Part shown: piece by piece, positions 39,836 through 52,753 of the stretch
Layout of the letters: every line of letters begins with the position of its first letter
Position numbering within the stretch: the first letter of the stretch is position 1
From: Octopus vulgaris
Taxonomy: Eukaryota
Assembly: GCA_951406725.2 (NCBI GenBank)
Contig: OX597836.1
Location: 29,698,001 to 29,762,000 of the forward strand
Direction of reading: 5' to 3'
Length of the DNA: 64,000 nt
The notes under the pieces: generated by a model
What the model saw: only the letters and a program-made list of their open reading frames with translations
Database searches by the model: none
What the model was told of the DNA's origin: nothing
Program-made: the position numbers and the translations under genes

Positions 39836-40040
39836 ATACTCTTTTACTTGTTTCAGTCATTTGACTGCGGCCATGCTGGAGCACCGCCTTTAGTCGAGCA
39901 AATCGACCCCGGGACTTATTCTTTGTAAGCCCAGTACTTATTCTATCGGTCGCTTTTGCCGAACCGCTAAGTTACGGGGACGTAAACACACCAGCATCGG
40001 TTGTCAAGCAAATGCTAGGGGGACAAACACAGACACACAA

Positions 40041-40088
<48 letters not shown>

Positions 40089-40246
40089 GACGGGCTTCTT
40101 TCAGTTTTCCGTCAACCAAATCCACTCACAAGGCTTTGGTTGGACCGAGGCTATAGTAGAAGACACTTGCCCAAGGTGCCACGCAGTGGGACTGAACCCG
40201 GAACCATGTGGTTGGTTAGCAAGCTACTTACTACACAGCCACTCCT
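39836..40246 (-). mobile_element. SINE family A
   Basis: Full match; forms an inverted pair with 40781-41190. Confidence 0.85.
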
Positions 40247-40780
40247 ATATATATATGTATATATATATATATATGTGTATTCATTAAGTATTATATATAT
40301 ATATAGAGAGAGAGAGGGGTGGGGGGCTTCTAATAAGATCCCAATAAAGGTCAAAATCGTTTAAGGATGTGTTTTAATAGGTAAATTTGAAGTTTGTAGG
40401 GCTTCGTGTGTGTGAGAGAAAGGGGGGGTATGCGTGTAAAAAGAAGAAGCATGATACTCTGAAATGGTGAATTTAAAAGGCCAGTTACAGTGGACCACCA
40501 AAAGCTATTGTTTAGTCCCAGGTCAGCCCTGATCCAGCAGCAGGGCTGGTTGAAGGCATTGGCAACTCGAATAGTCGCCTGGTTTGTGTCACGAACTAGG
40601 AACATCACGTCAAGTGTTTGGGATATTCCAGATACAAAAACAGTTCGTTATGAAAAGATCCCGATGGGATAAGTATACCAGCTGAGCACTGGGGTCGACG
40701 TAATCGACTGTCCCCTTCCCCCAAAATTTCAGGCCTTGTGCCTTATAGTAGAAATAAATATATTTGGTACAATAGGTATA

Positions 40781-40924
40781 GGCGCAGGAGTGGCTGTGTG
40801 GTAAGTAGCTTGTTTACCAACGACATGGTTCTGGGTTCAGTCCCACTGCGTGGCATCTTGGGCAAGTGTCTTCTGCTATGCCTTGTGAGTGGATTTAGTA
40901 GACGGAAACTGAAATAAGTCCGTA

Positions 40925-40987
<63 letters not shown>

Positions 40988-41190
40988 TTTGTGTGTCTGT
41001 GTTTGTCCTCCTAGCATTGCTTGACAACCGATGCTGGTGTGTTTATGTCCCCGTCACCTAGCGGTTTGGCAAAAGAGACCGATAGAATAAGTACTGGGCT
41101 TACAAAAGAATAAGTGCCGGGGTCGAGTTGCTCGATTAAAGGCGGTGCTCCAGCATGGCCGCAGTCAAATGACTGAAACAAGTAAAAGTG
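40781..41190 (+). mobile_element. SINE family A
   Basis: Starts ggcgcaggagtggctgtgtgg. Confidence 0.85.
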
Positions 41191-41546
41191 TGAAGAGTAT
41201 ATATCATTGATACAATAACATGTTTAATACAACAAACGGGTATATAATACAGTAACAATATATTTGACATTTTTAAGGCGATTGCAGCTTGGCAGATTCG
41301 GCGTGTTTATCTCGCACTCATTAACAACAGTGAAATTGTTGGAAACCAGCCGACGAGGAGTGGAGCTCCTTTCAGCTATTTTCGTTGCGACTTTTATTCT
41401 CGTTAGGTCGGGTTTGCTCAAAACATCGACGCCGCTTTTCTGCAGATTTTTCAGAACCTATGGTTCCAATGGCTTTCTGGATTACTGATGTTTTTTCCGA
41501 ATCAAAGCTGGTTGACTTGGTCAACACACTCTTGATTAAATTTTAA

Positions 41547-41956
41547 GGATCTTTTTGGTTTGAACGGCAGTTTTTTAAAATAATTTCCACGTAACTAAAC
41601 ACTTTTAAACTTCGTATACTGGTAGAATGTGTTTATAAAACATCTTTATCTCTTGGCTTTATTGAGAAAATTCTATAGTTTGTAACATATTTGTTGGGTT
41701 TTTTTCTTCAATTTCTGCAATTTCAACCAATCAATGACGTCTATTGAGGTGAAAACATTCTGTGTCGTATGAATATGTCCCTCGTTTAAGAAACAGGTTG
41801 GGTTTATTTACATTTCTGAAGAAAAAAAATACCCTTCCCCCACCCCTAACCCTAACCCAGATTGAAATGCAATAGATCGATACTAGGGTCATAATTATGG
41901 GTGACAATTTCATATGACACCGCTAGAAAAAACTGCCGTTCAAACCGAAAAGATCC
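41547..41956. mobile_element. GGATC-TIR MITE (~410 bp), 8-bp TSD, internal CCCTAA repeats
   Basis: TIR ggatctttt(t/c)ggtttgaacggcagttttt; TSD aattttaa. Confidence 0.9.
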
Positions 41957-41994
41957 AATTTTAAATTTACTTAAATAATTAATTGAAATACACC

Positions 41995-42558
41995 AGCGAG
42001 ACGCGAAATTTTTTTCCCCACGAGAGTTCCGGACCCCATTTATGAACTCGTTTGCACACGGCTAATCAGAGCTCAACTATCAAACTAATGTATGAGCGCA
42101 TAACAAGTGATGGGCGATAAGATAAGGTCACTTGGTGTAAGGAATGACCATGCTTCTTTTCACTTTTAATAATGCTTGTTGTTCTTGTTCTTGTTTCAAC
42201 CATGGCTACCTCTGCGTAGTTATTTGTGTTGTTGTTTACTTTGTAAAACAGTAATGGGAGCGGGTTGCTAGCACATCACCCTCTACCCACATTTTCCCCC
42301 CATCCACATCTTTACCAATATGGGGCCCTAACAAAATCAGATAATTGGTATAGATGCAAATCTATCTAATTACTTGTCCCCTAAAATCAAGCATATCTTG
42401 GCGATCGGTCAGCTTACAATACCGTTCTTCGTATTGAGTTTACTTGGGAGAGTGTGTTTGTTAATTTTACAAGGTCAAGGTGAGCTCTGATTGGCTGTAT
42501 ACAAATGAGTTCATTGCTGGGGTCCGGAACTCTCGTAGGAAAAAATTTCGCCAGCGGG
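41995..42558. mobile_element. Older MITE-like element with ~75-bp inverted repeats
   Basis: gcgaaattttt..cgagagttccggaccc..aatcagagctca is mirrored at 42481-42551; ends degraded and no TSD seen. Confidence 0.6.
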
Positions 42559-43483
42559 ACCTTTGTGGTTTTCATCACTGACTACAATTTTGCTCCTATT
42601 GTTTTCAAATTTGGTACATGGATTAAGTTTTGTATACTAATCATGAAAATGAAATTAATTTTCCCTATAAATCCACAATTAAAAAAGTTATTAGCCTTTA
42701 AGATTTGCAAAGTTTGGGTATTTTAGCCAATCAGAAGCAAGTATTTTACACATCACCGTGGCGAAGAACTCTGTTTTCATAGTAACGAAAACAAAGAAGC
42801 ACAACATGCTCCATAGCTGATTACAAAGAACTGTTTCGATAGTAACCAAAGATGCTGCACATGTGCACAAGGAGTGTAACCACCACTCGTTCAATAATTG
42901 TTGGTTTTCATAACAGACGGGATTCACACTCAACAAATTGAAAGTACCTAGGCATCTTTGAAGTGTGGAAACAAACTCCGGTGTGGGACACACCTTCCAT
43001 GGTTGACTCTTATCTTTGTTAATTTTTCTGGAGAAGGAGATATGAGAGAGATAATTTAATTTATAAAATCCCAGAGTGTTTTTCAAAATTTCGCTCTTGA
43101 ATTTTTTAACTAATGAATGTCTGTTTTAAACAATGTTTTGACTGTTATTTCTAGCAACTCCTGTTGGTTTGTTCGTAGCTTTTAAATATTTAATTTGCTC
43201 GCAAATGTTTTAATGTTAACTTTGCTTGTGTATATTTTAATATTTTGATTGTTATTTCTAGCAACTCCTGTTGGTTTGCTCGTAGCTTTTAAATATTTTA
43301 TTTACTCGCGAGCTAGTTTAATGTTTTGACATGCCAATGCCCCCCGCCGCCCGATGATGGAAGAGGCAGCGAATGCACTGTTTTCTGACTGGCTGAAAAT
43401 TATCAAACTTTGAACAGTTTTGCAAAATTTTTCTGGAATAAATGAATAACAAATTCTGATTCAGCGTCAAAAATTACATCCAG

Positions 43484-43657
43484 ACGCAGGAGTGGCTGTG
43501 TGGTAAGTAGCTTGCTAACCAACCACATGGTTCCGGGTTCAGTCCCACTGCGTGGCATCTTGGGTAAGTGTCTTCTGCTATAGCCCCGGGCCGACCAATG
43601 CCTTGTGAGTGGATTTGGTAGACGGAAACTGAAAGAAGCCTGTCGTATATATGTATG

Positions 43658-43728
<71 letters not shown>

Positions 43729-43939
43729 TTGTGTGTGTGTGTTTGTCCCCCTAGCATTGCTTGACAACCGATGCTGGTGTGTTTATGTCCCCGTCACTTA
43801 GCGGTTCGGCAAAAAGAGTCCGATAGAATAAGTAGTAGGCTTACAAAGAATAAGTCCCGGGGTCGAGTTGTTCGACTAAAGGCGGTGCTCCAGCATGGCC
43901 ACAGTCAAATGACTGAAACAAGTAAAAGAGTAAAAGAGT
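43484..43939 (+). mobile_element. SINE family A
   Basis: Full match. Confidence 0.85.
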
Positions 43940-44069
43940 ATATGGTACATTAAAAATTTTTTTAAAGATAATTCTAAACAGTGATGCAAACCACAAAGAT
44001 CCCTCCAGTGTAAATTAGTCCGAATTATAAGAGGTTTCAGATCATCCGGAAAGTCAGTGTAGCTTGACC

Positions 44070-44604
44070 GATGAATAGAAAGCTACGAATGTTTCGTCCT
44101 GGTTTTTCTGTCCGTCTTTGTATCGTCCATCTGTCATATGTTTTCGTTGTCGTCCGTTACGTTCTTGCCCCGTTTTTTTTATTTTCCTCCATCTTCCCTT
44201 CCTTGGATCTTTCCTGTTTCTATGTTTCTGACGAAGAGCTCCGCTCGAAACGCTTAATCCTCCTTCTCTCCTTCTTTCCTGAACGTCCAAAACACTATAC
44301 TTGTTCCACGTCCTCGCGTTGTTGTGTTTTTTCTTTGTGTTTTCATGTTTGGATTAACTATATATATATATATGACTTTCCAGTCATTCAAAATGTGACC
44401 GCGTGTGTACCAATGGCGATTTTTTTCCTCCGTCTTCCATTCTTTGGATCTTTCCTTTTCCTGTTTCTGACGAAGAGCTCCGCTCGAAACGTTAAACCCT
44501 CCTTCTTTCCTTCTTTCCTGAGCGTCCAATAATACTATACTTGTTCTACGTCCTCGCGTTGTTGTGTTTTCATGTTTGGATTAACTATATATATATATAT
44601 ATAT
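44070..44604 (+). mobile_element. Penelope-like/retrozyme-like partial tandem repeat carrying minimal hammerhead motifs
   Basis: Direct repeats 239 nt apart, each with ctgacgaagagctccgctcgaaac and ending in (TA)n. Confidence 0.65.
44463..44497 (+). ncRNA. Minimal type I hammerhead ribozyme motif (degenerate twin at 44224-44258)
   Basis: Stem I gttt/aaac; CUGACGA(A); stem II GAG/CUC; GAAA; palindromic ACGU stem III; GUU cleavage triplet. Confidence 0.6.
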
Positions 44605-45219
44605 AATGCAAAAATACCCTACAGACTGCTATAGTCAATTAAATAGAAATAAAAATTTTTAACTTATTCTTTCTGTGCGGCCCAGTATGAAAAGATCCAC
44701 GTTCAAATACTGGTCTGCGATCTGATGGTTGGAGACCCCTGCTAAAAACAAATCTGTCAATTCGCTGCTTTTTGCGAAAATAGTGAAATATATAGCTGAT
44801 GATAAAGAACTTATGGAATTTTTTTTCGATGGTGACGAAAACCTTTGACTACGTTAAATAAATGTCAATAATTTTTTATTACATTTTTGTTGTTATGATA
44901 TTTGCAATATTTTATCAACATACTTGACTTGAAATCAATGGACATTGAACGAGGTTTTAATCGTCCTATTATTCTAGTTTTGTAGCAGCAAATCCAAAGC
45001 AAATTCTAAAATAGAGATGAGTAAATGGTGGATTATAGAACAAAGTTGAAATAAATTCCTGCAATGAATTTCAAACTATGCATTGCTTTGTGGTAGCCCA
45101 CTGACATATGTACATCTGGTCGTCTGGTCTTTAAAGACAGCGGCATCTGATCGTTCAGTCTTCAAAAACAGTGACGTCTGGTCTTTAGAAACAATGGTAG
45201 ATAAATAGAAAGATATGGG

Positions 45220-45470
45220 AGTGAGAGATAAAAGAGAGAGGGAGAGAGAGATTCATGAGGTATAAAGTAGACAAGGGATCAGAGAGATAAAAGAGAGGGG
45301 GAGAGAGATTCGTGAGGTATAAAGTAGAGACAAAGGATCAGAGAGATAAAAGAGAGGGGGAGAGAGATCCGTGAAGTATAGAGACAAAGGATCAGAGAGA
45401 TAACAGAGAGGGGGAGAGATTTATGTAGTATAGAGTAGAATCAAAGAGTCAGAGAGAGAGAAAGAGAGCG
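45220..45470. repeat. Purine-rich ~57-60-bp tandem repeat (about 4 units)
   Basis: gagagataaaagagagggggagagagattcgtgaggtataaagtagagacaaaggatca recurs. Confidence 0.8.
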
Positions 45471-45863
45471 TTCAGAGAGAGAAAGAAAGAAGGAAGGAAA
45501 GAGAGGATCAACGTGAGAGATGGGGAGGGGGGAGAGAGAGAAAGGAATGTAACATGGCTATTGGTATCGCTCCCAAGGTACATGTAATATAGCAACAGAC
45601 GGAACTTCTCTCTTCATTTCCTTTATAAAGAAGCATGAGATTTGAAAATAAAAAATGATTTCCTTGCGGCAAATACGTTTATGAAGAGACGACGACAGCG
45701 ACAGCAGCGGTGTCGATGGCGACGGTAATGACGACGCCTGTTATTGGTTTCAAATTTTGGCACAAAGCCAGCGATTTCAGCGGGGGAGTAAGTCGGTTAC
45801 ATCAACTCCAATACTCAACTGGTATTTATTTTATCGTGCCCCGCAAGTATGAAAGGAAAACTC

Positions 45864-46280
45864 GGATCTTTTCGGTTTGAACGGCAGTTTTTTCTAGCGG
45901 TGTCATATGAAATTGTCACCTATAATTATGACCCTAGTATCGATCTATTGCATTTCAATCTATTTTAGGGTTAGGGTTAGGGTGGGGGAAAGGGTATCTT
46001 TTTTTTCTTCAGAAATGTAAATAAACCCAATCTGTTTCTTAAAAGAGGGACATATTCATACGGCACAGAATGCTTTTTAACTCAATAGACGTTACTGATT
46101 GGTTGAAATTGCAGAAATTGAAGAAAAAAAACAACAAATATCTTACAAACTATAGAATTTTCTCAATAAAGCCAAGAGAAAAAGATGTTTTATAAACACA
46201 TTCTACCAGTATACGAAGTTTAAAATTTTTTAGTTACCTAGAAATTATGTTAAAAACTGCCGTTCAAACCGAAAAGATCC
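45864..46280. mobile_element. GGATC-TIR MITE, opposite orientation to 41547-41956, no matching TSD
   Basis: Both TIRs intact; flanks gaaaactc / ccaagaaa differ. Confidence 0.88.
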
Positions 46281-47032
46281 CCAAGAAAAATGTGAATTAA
46301 AAATAAATGCAAAATACATTTTTGTAATGGGATTTTGTAATGCTTCTAAAATTGTTGAACCCATACAAACGCCATCTTCTAAGGCAACAAACAGATGTAA
46401 AGAACAACAGGATTGCAGGAAATTATTCTAAAATTCTTTTCACCATTTGCTTAAGGGAAAGCCATCTGTGCAGCTAATATGGAGAATTTTTTGACTATTG
46501 ATATTTGTAAATTTTTGAAATTCTATTTATTCATTTAGGCGCTTAGAACTGTTATTCAAATATGAAAGAACTATTTCTGGTTTATTCTTCTAAATAACAT
46601 GGTAGAAATACACGCGTGCAACGAACAGCAAATGCAAGACAATATGGAGAAAATATCTCTTCTTTTGCTTCCCTATCATAACACTAAGCATTACTGCGGG
46701 CAAATCTTGTTAGGTTTCCAAAGGTAATTTCATTAACGTTTTTTTTTAATAGTATCTGCACAATTATAAATCCCAAAAGCAGTTAGATATTTGATTATTT
46801 TTTTCCTATTTTTTATTCCATTCACATATCTAGCTATTAGAACAAGATACTTGAGAATAGTAAAACCGTATAGGCTAAATATCTGGCAGAGCGTGGGACC
46901 GGAAGTGACCCGGACTTCTGGATTTTCCGGTTTTCTGGAGACAGTCTAAATATATACTTGAAATATAAAATAAACTGTAAAATGTAAATAACTAATTTAT
47001 TTAATGGATTCATACACTTCTAAAGAAGGGTC

Positions 47033-47247
47033 GGATCTTTTCGGTTTGAACGGCAGTTTTTAAACATAATTTCTAGGTAACTAAAAAATTGACCGTCTAT
47101 TGAGGTGAAAACATTCTGTGCCGTATGAATATGTCCATCGTTTAAGAAACGATTGAAATGCAATAGATCGATACTAGGGTCATAATTATGGATGACAATT
47201 TCATATGACACCGCTGGAAAAAACTGCCGTTCAAACCGAAAAGATCC
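47033..47247. mobile_element. Internally deleted GGATC-TIR MITE
   Basis: TSD gaagggtc. Confidence 0.9.
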
Positions 47248-47644
47248 GAAGGGTCTGTTTGATGTTTATTAATCCTCTTAAAATATATTATATTTTACCA
47301 TGTTTAAAAGATGAAAATTAAATGAAGAAAAATAAAGAACATGATTTTATTCAACGGATACAGGTACAAATTAATACACTTCTAAAGTAGAATATGTTTA
47401 ATCTCTATCAATGCACATAAAAAAAGTAAAGGACAAAACTACTTTCAACACACTCTACGCAACTTAACCAACTTCAAAAACCGCTTGTTTACTCAACAGA
47501 AGGTGTAGTATACTGCACAACAACCCTTGATTGCTGGAAATTTCAAATTTCAGGAAGTTGGGTAAGAAGTCCGTTTCTGTATATATGTTTTTTCATCAAT
47601 TATAAAGAAGAAATTTTGTTACATTTAACTTGGATACAATGTTA

Positions 47645-47823
47645 GGCGATGCTTCGGTATAGGTACACACGTGACTATGTTTACATTTCTGAAGATAACA
47701 GAAACCCTTTTCTCCCACCCCTAACCCTAACCGAAACCCTAACCCTAACCCCCCATATATAGAAAAAACACTTTCTTGAAATGTATCCGGTACTTACACT
47801 GGTACATATACCGAAGGTTCGCC
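47645..47823. mobile_element. 179-bp MITE (GGCGA.. TIR) with telomere-like CCCTAA tract
   Basis: TIR ggcgatgcttcggtataggtac / gtacatataccgaaggttcgcc; TSD caatgtta. Confidence 0.85.
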
Positions 47824-48342
47824 CAATGTTATTAAAGTTATATTCACCGATTAGAAAAAATAATGTGGATTCCTTTGGTTATGCTTTTTCGGTATTTTTG
47901 TTATCGTTTGCTATTTTCGAATCTGGACAAACATTGGTGATGAAACCAGATAGATAGATTATCTGAAATGATAATTGATAAGTCTTGCTCAGCAATAAAT
48001 TCAGAATTTAAGATCAGCGGGTTGTTATCTGCATTGAGTGAATAGAAGATTTGCCAGGTTTCATAAAATCAATAAGAAATGGTAAATTTTATTTTCCTGT
48101 GTAACATATAAACATGTATATCTTTTAGAACATTGTTATTTTATAAGATTTTGCTGGCAAATTCTTAAATTAACATAAACATTTATTTATATGAAAGAAA
48201 ATTACTGGTGAACTTTTTTTCTAATTCTTCCATATCTTTCTGCTAAAGCTGCATTGAAACCATTTGTGGGGAAGAAAGAGAGAAGAAAAAAAATGCAGCA
48301 CCAAGCGCTTCAACTTGTCGCACACCACAAGGTTCAACGGAA

Positions 48343-48526
48343 CCTACATAATGTGGCTACCCTGGAAGGGACGATTGCTACTGTTGTTTAACCCGAGGAA
48401 CCATCGTTTCCAGCTGGTTATACGACACAATACAGATATTATGCCGTTTAGCCAACAGGAAACGATGTTTCCTGGGGTTAAACAACAGTAAAAATCGTCC
48501 CTTCCAGGGTAGCCACATTATGTTGG
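48343..48526. repeat. 184-nt near-perfect foldback palindrome
   Basis: ~90-nt arms with scattered mismatches around a 4-nt loop (aata-caga-tatt). Confidence 0.9.
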
Positions 48527-48837
48527 CAAATAGTCCTCACTTTAAAGAACTGTTACTGAATATCCCTCTTTGGGAGATTTAAAAACAATAAGGTTTCAAT
48601 ACAGGTTTAACAGAGAGATTTCGAAGAATTAGATGAAAGTTCTCCGGGAATTTTCTTCCATGTAAATAAATGTTTATGTTAATTTAAAAATTTGCCAAAA
48701 AAATCTGTACAAAAGATGTACGTGTTTATTTGTTATATATGAAAATAAAAGAGTATTGTTATTCTAACATCACTGGGCAAACATCCATGTCTCTGTCCGC
48801 TCACAATGGGTTCACAAAAAAATATATTCTTTCTTTT

Positions 48838-49200
48838 CTTTTCTTTTACTTGTTTCAGCCATTTGACTGCGGCCATGCTGGAGCACCGCCTTTAGTCGAG
48901 CAAATCGATCCCAGGATTTATTCTTTGTAAGCCTAGTACTTATTCTATCGGTCCCTTTTGCCGAACTGCTAAGTTACTGGGATGTAAACACACCAACATC
49001 GGTTGTCAAGCGATTTTAGGGGGACAAAGACACAAATACACACACACATATATACACGATGGGTTTCTTTCAGTTTCCATCTACCAAATCCACTCACAAG
49101 GCTTTAGTCGTCCCGAGGCTATAGTAAAAGATACTTGCCCAAGGTGCCATGCAGTGGGACTGAACCCAGGACTATGTGACCACACAGGCACTCCTGCACC
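48838..49200 (-). mobile_element. SINE family A
   Basis: Full match. Confidence 0.8.
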
Positions 49201-49248
49201 TATATATATAAATCTTGAAAAAAAATTTTATTCATTGCCTACATATAA

Positions 49249-49580
49249 AAGACCCCCTTCGGTCATGAATGACCATGGGATTGCACCTAGAAAGTTACCC
49301 TCCTAGACACAAGTCCGGGCAAGGTTGTTTATGGAAGACCAGCAGTCGCCCATGCATACCAGCCTCCCCTCTCCACGCCACCAGTGTTATCCAAGGGAAA
49401 GGCAAAGGTCGATACAGCTTGGCACCAGTGACGTTGCAACTCATTTCTACAGCTGAGTGAACTGGAGCAACGTGAAATAAAGTGCCTTGCTCAAGAACAC
49501 AACACGCAGCCCGGTCCGGGATTCGAGCTCACAACCTCACGATCGTAAGCTCGATGCTCTAACCACTGAGCCATGCGCCT
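49249..49580 (-). mobile_element. SINE family C (tRNA head ggcgcatggctcagtggttagagc, V/MESC-like centre); related heads at ~17500-17600, 28480-28630, 59475-59620
   Basis: A box tggctcagtgg, B-box-like gctcgaatcc, centre gtgttcttgagcaaggcactttatttcacgttgctccag. Confidence 0.75.
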
Positions 49581-50042
49581 ACATATGAATTAAAAAAATT
49601 TTCAATTCCCAAAACGCATGCATGGCTGTGTGCTTAAGAAGCCTGATTCCCAACTTTGTGGTCTTGGGTTCAGTGGCACCATCGGCAAGTGTCTTCTACA
49701 AAAGCCCTTGGCCAACCAAGACCTCGTGAGTGGATTTGGTAGACGGAAACTGAACGTAGCCTGTTGTGTGTGTGTGTGTGTGGTGTTTGTCTCCCACCAC
49801 CGCATGACAACCGATATTGCCTTGTTTATGTCTTCATAACTAAACGGTTCAGTCAAAGAGGCAGACGGAATTAGTCCCAAGTTTCAAAAATAAGAAGCGG
49901 AGTCGGTTTGTCTGATAAACCTTCGTAGGTAGTAAGTACCCCAGCATGGCCACAGTCCAAGATCAAGATAAAGCACTCGTAAAAATAAGAGGCGCCTATC
50001 AAAAGTCACTAAGGAAAAGTCATATTTTATTTAAATATTATA

Positions 50043-50410
50043 GTGGCTGTGTGATAAGTAGCTTGCTTACCAACCACATGGTTCCGGGTTCAGTCCCACT
50101 GCGTGACACTTTCGGCAAGTGTCTTCTACTATAGCCTCAGGCCGACCAAAGCCTTGTGAGTGGATTTGGTAGACGGAAACTGAAAGAAGCCCCTTGTATA
50201 TATATGTATGTGTGTGTGTGGTGTTTGTGGGTCTGTGTTTGTCGCCCCCCCCCCCAACATCGCTTGACAACTGACGCTGGTGTGTTTACATCTCCGTAAC
50301 TTAGCGGTTTCGCAAAAGAGATTGATACAAAGAATAAGTCCTGGGGTCGGTTTGTTCGACTAAAGGTGGTGCTCCAGCATGGCCGCAGTCAAATGACTGA
50401 AACAAGCAAA
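50043..50410 (+). mobile_element. SINE family A
   Basis: Head-to-tail match. Confidence 0.8.
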
Positions 50411-50835
50411 AAATATTTTAAATCAGTTATTAACTGACAGCGGTACATAACTTGTGCACTGTATATAATGACATTACATACGTGATAAAAAAAAATACAC
50501 ACCTTTTATTCAATTTCTTGAGCAAAGTATGACAACGAAACAAAACAGTTAAGTCAGTCATTTATTAACAATACGTGATATGTACAGCTTAAGATCAGGC
50601 GTAGCTGTGTAGTAGGGCACTTGCTGCCCAACCATATGGTTCCGAGTTAAGTCCCACTGTGTGGCACATTGTGCAAGTGACTTCTGCTTTTACCATCTGG
50701 GCAGGATTGAGATCCTAAGAACTTAAAAGATTCTGGTCCCCCAAAAATGTACATAATTCAAAATGTAAACCATAAAATAAATTTTTATTTTTCAGAATGA
50801 ACAAAACTAACGGAAAATGGAAAATAATATTTACT

Positions 50836-51200
50836 TTTGTATGCTTCCGCTTTAAGGCAGAGGTATTGTTTTCAGTCGTGTTTGTTTGTTTGTCCGTAGA
50901 CAAGATATCTCAAGAACCGCTGGATGGATTCGGATGAAACTTTCAGGGATGTTTGGCCTTGTGACTGGCACGAACTGATTAGATTTTGGGATCGATCCGG
51001 TACCAGGCAAGGATTCTGGATTATTTTTCCTGTTTTTACTTGACTTTTGAGAGCGATCGGGTTCCTTTTTAGTATTCTCGTTTGTGAGAGCAGCAAAATT
51101 TATTTCAGATATTCTCATTTTAAAAGTCATCCCTGGCTAATCATTGAGAGGACGTTGGTGTTGCCTTGGCGGAGGTTTGCGCTCTCTGAATGCTCTTGTT
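50836..51200 (+). mobile_element. Helentron-associated non-autonomous element (HINE/DINE-1-like)
   Basis: 5' subTIR cttccgc with nearby inverted ggcagagg, (GTTT)n tract, 3' ggcggaggt subTIR and terminal ctcttgtt. Confidence 0.7.
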
Positions 51201-52363
51201 TATATATTTGAAAAAGTTTTCTTTTTTTAATTGCTAAGTTTTTGATCAGACCTTCAAAATTAATCTTACAGAACACATCTACTTCTATACTTATTAGAGA
51301 TAAGGCATCCCGAATATTATTTTGGCAAGGTCAAAGTAATTTCTTTAGTGCTGTAAACTATCTACCATTTTTGTGGTGCTCACCCTTCCCTTGATGCCCT
51401 ACGCATGTGCTTATTTTGCTTAATGGTTAATCCAGCGCTGTCTACCATAGTCTCGAGCTGACCAAAGCTTTGCGAGTGGATTTGGTAGACGGAAACTGAA
51501 AGAAGCTTCTTGTGTGTGTGTGTGTCCCGCTATCACTTGACAACTGGTATTGGAGTGTTTACGTTCCTGTAACTTAGCGGTTCGGTAAAACAGAGCAATA
51601 GAATAAATAGCTATTTCTTTACTACTCACAAGGGGCTAAACACAGAGGGGACAAACAAGGACAGACAAACGGATCAAGTCGATTACATCGACCCCAGTGC
51701 GTAACTGGTACTTAATTTATCGACCCCGAAAGGATGAAAGGCAAAGTCGACCTTGGCGGAATTTGAACTCAGAACGTAACGGCAGACGAAATACGGCTAC
51801 GCATTTCGCCCGGCGTGCTAACGTTCTGCCAGCTCGCCGCCTTGATAGAATAAATACCATTATTAAAAAAAAAGTACTGGGGGGTCGAAATAACTTAAAC
51901 AAGTAAAAGATAAAAAAAAAACCCTCGGTATTTTTCCTGTTGATGACTCAGACCAATGTCCCGCAGACGCAACAAAGAATCTGTCACCATCACATGGTTT
52001 TATCCCGTCGAGCAACACAACATATGAAGACGTTTCTTGTAAGCTGCACATAACATCGACGAAGTCTTCTTTGAGCGGGATTGCAAACAGCATCTTGCTG
52101 GATAATTGTGTTCACTGTTTCTGATTGTTGCTTCCGTGATCTTTTTTCCTTTCAGATTGAAAACGCCTTACACGGAATCGTGACATTATTACATGTACGT
52201 TCAGCATTTTTTAAAATACTGATGACTAAGACGAATATTTCAAATGACGCCACGAAGAAACTGTCAGAGTCCTGTAGTTCTCTAGTCGAGCAACACACAA
52301 GATACGAAGTTTCAGTAACTTTTTTTTTCCTGGATTCAATAAAATAAAGTATCACTCAGGTAC

Positions 52364-52553
52364 TTTCACTCTTTCACTTGTTTCAGTCATTTGACTGCGG
52401 CCATGCTGGAGCACCGCCTTTAATCGAGCAACTCGACCCCGGGACTTATTCTTTTGTAAGCCCAGTACTTATTCTATCGGTCTCTTTTGCCGAACCGCTA
52501 AGTAACGGGGACATAAACACTAGGGGACAAACAGAGACACACAAACACACACA

Positions 52554-52593
<40 letters not shown>

Positions 52594-52753
52594 TACGACG
52601 GGCTTCTTTCAGTTTCCGTCTACCAAATCCACTCACAAGGCTTTGGTCAGCCCGAGGCTATAGTAGAAGACACTTGCCCAAGGTGCCACGCAGTGGGACT
52701 GAACCCGGAACCATGTGGTTGGTAGACAAGCTACTTACCACACAGCCACTCCT
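52364..52753 (-). mobile_element. SINE family A
   Basis: Match with an internal deletion. Confidence 0.8.

Noticed and set aside
41224-41530. CpG-richer unique segment with short ORFs on both strands
   Set aside because: No recognisable domain, stops nearby and no convincing splice sites; may be a transposon relic.
46898-46930. ETS motif ACCGGAAGTG as a promoter
   Set aside because: Single motif with no linked exon; may belong to a DNA-transposon remnant.
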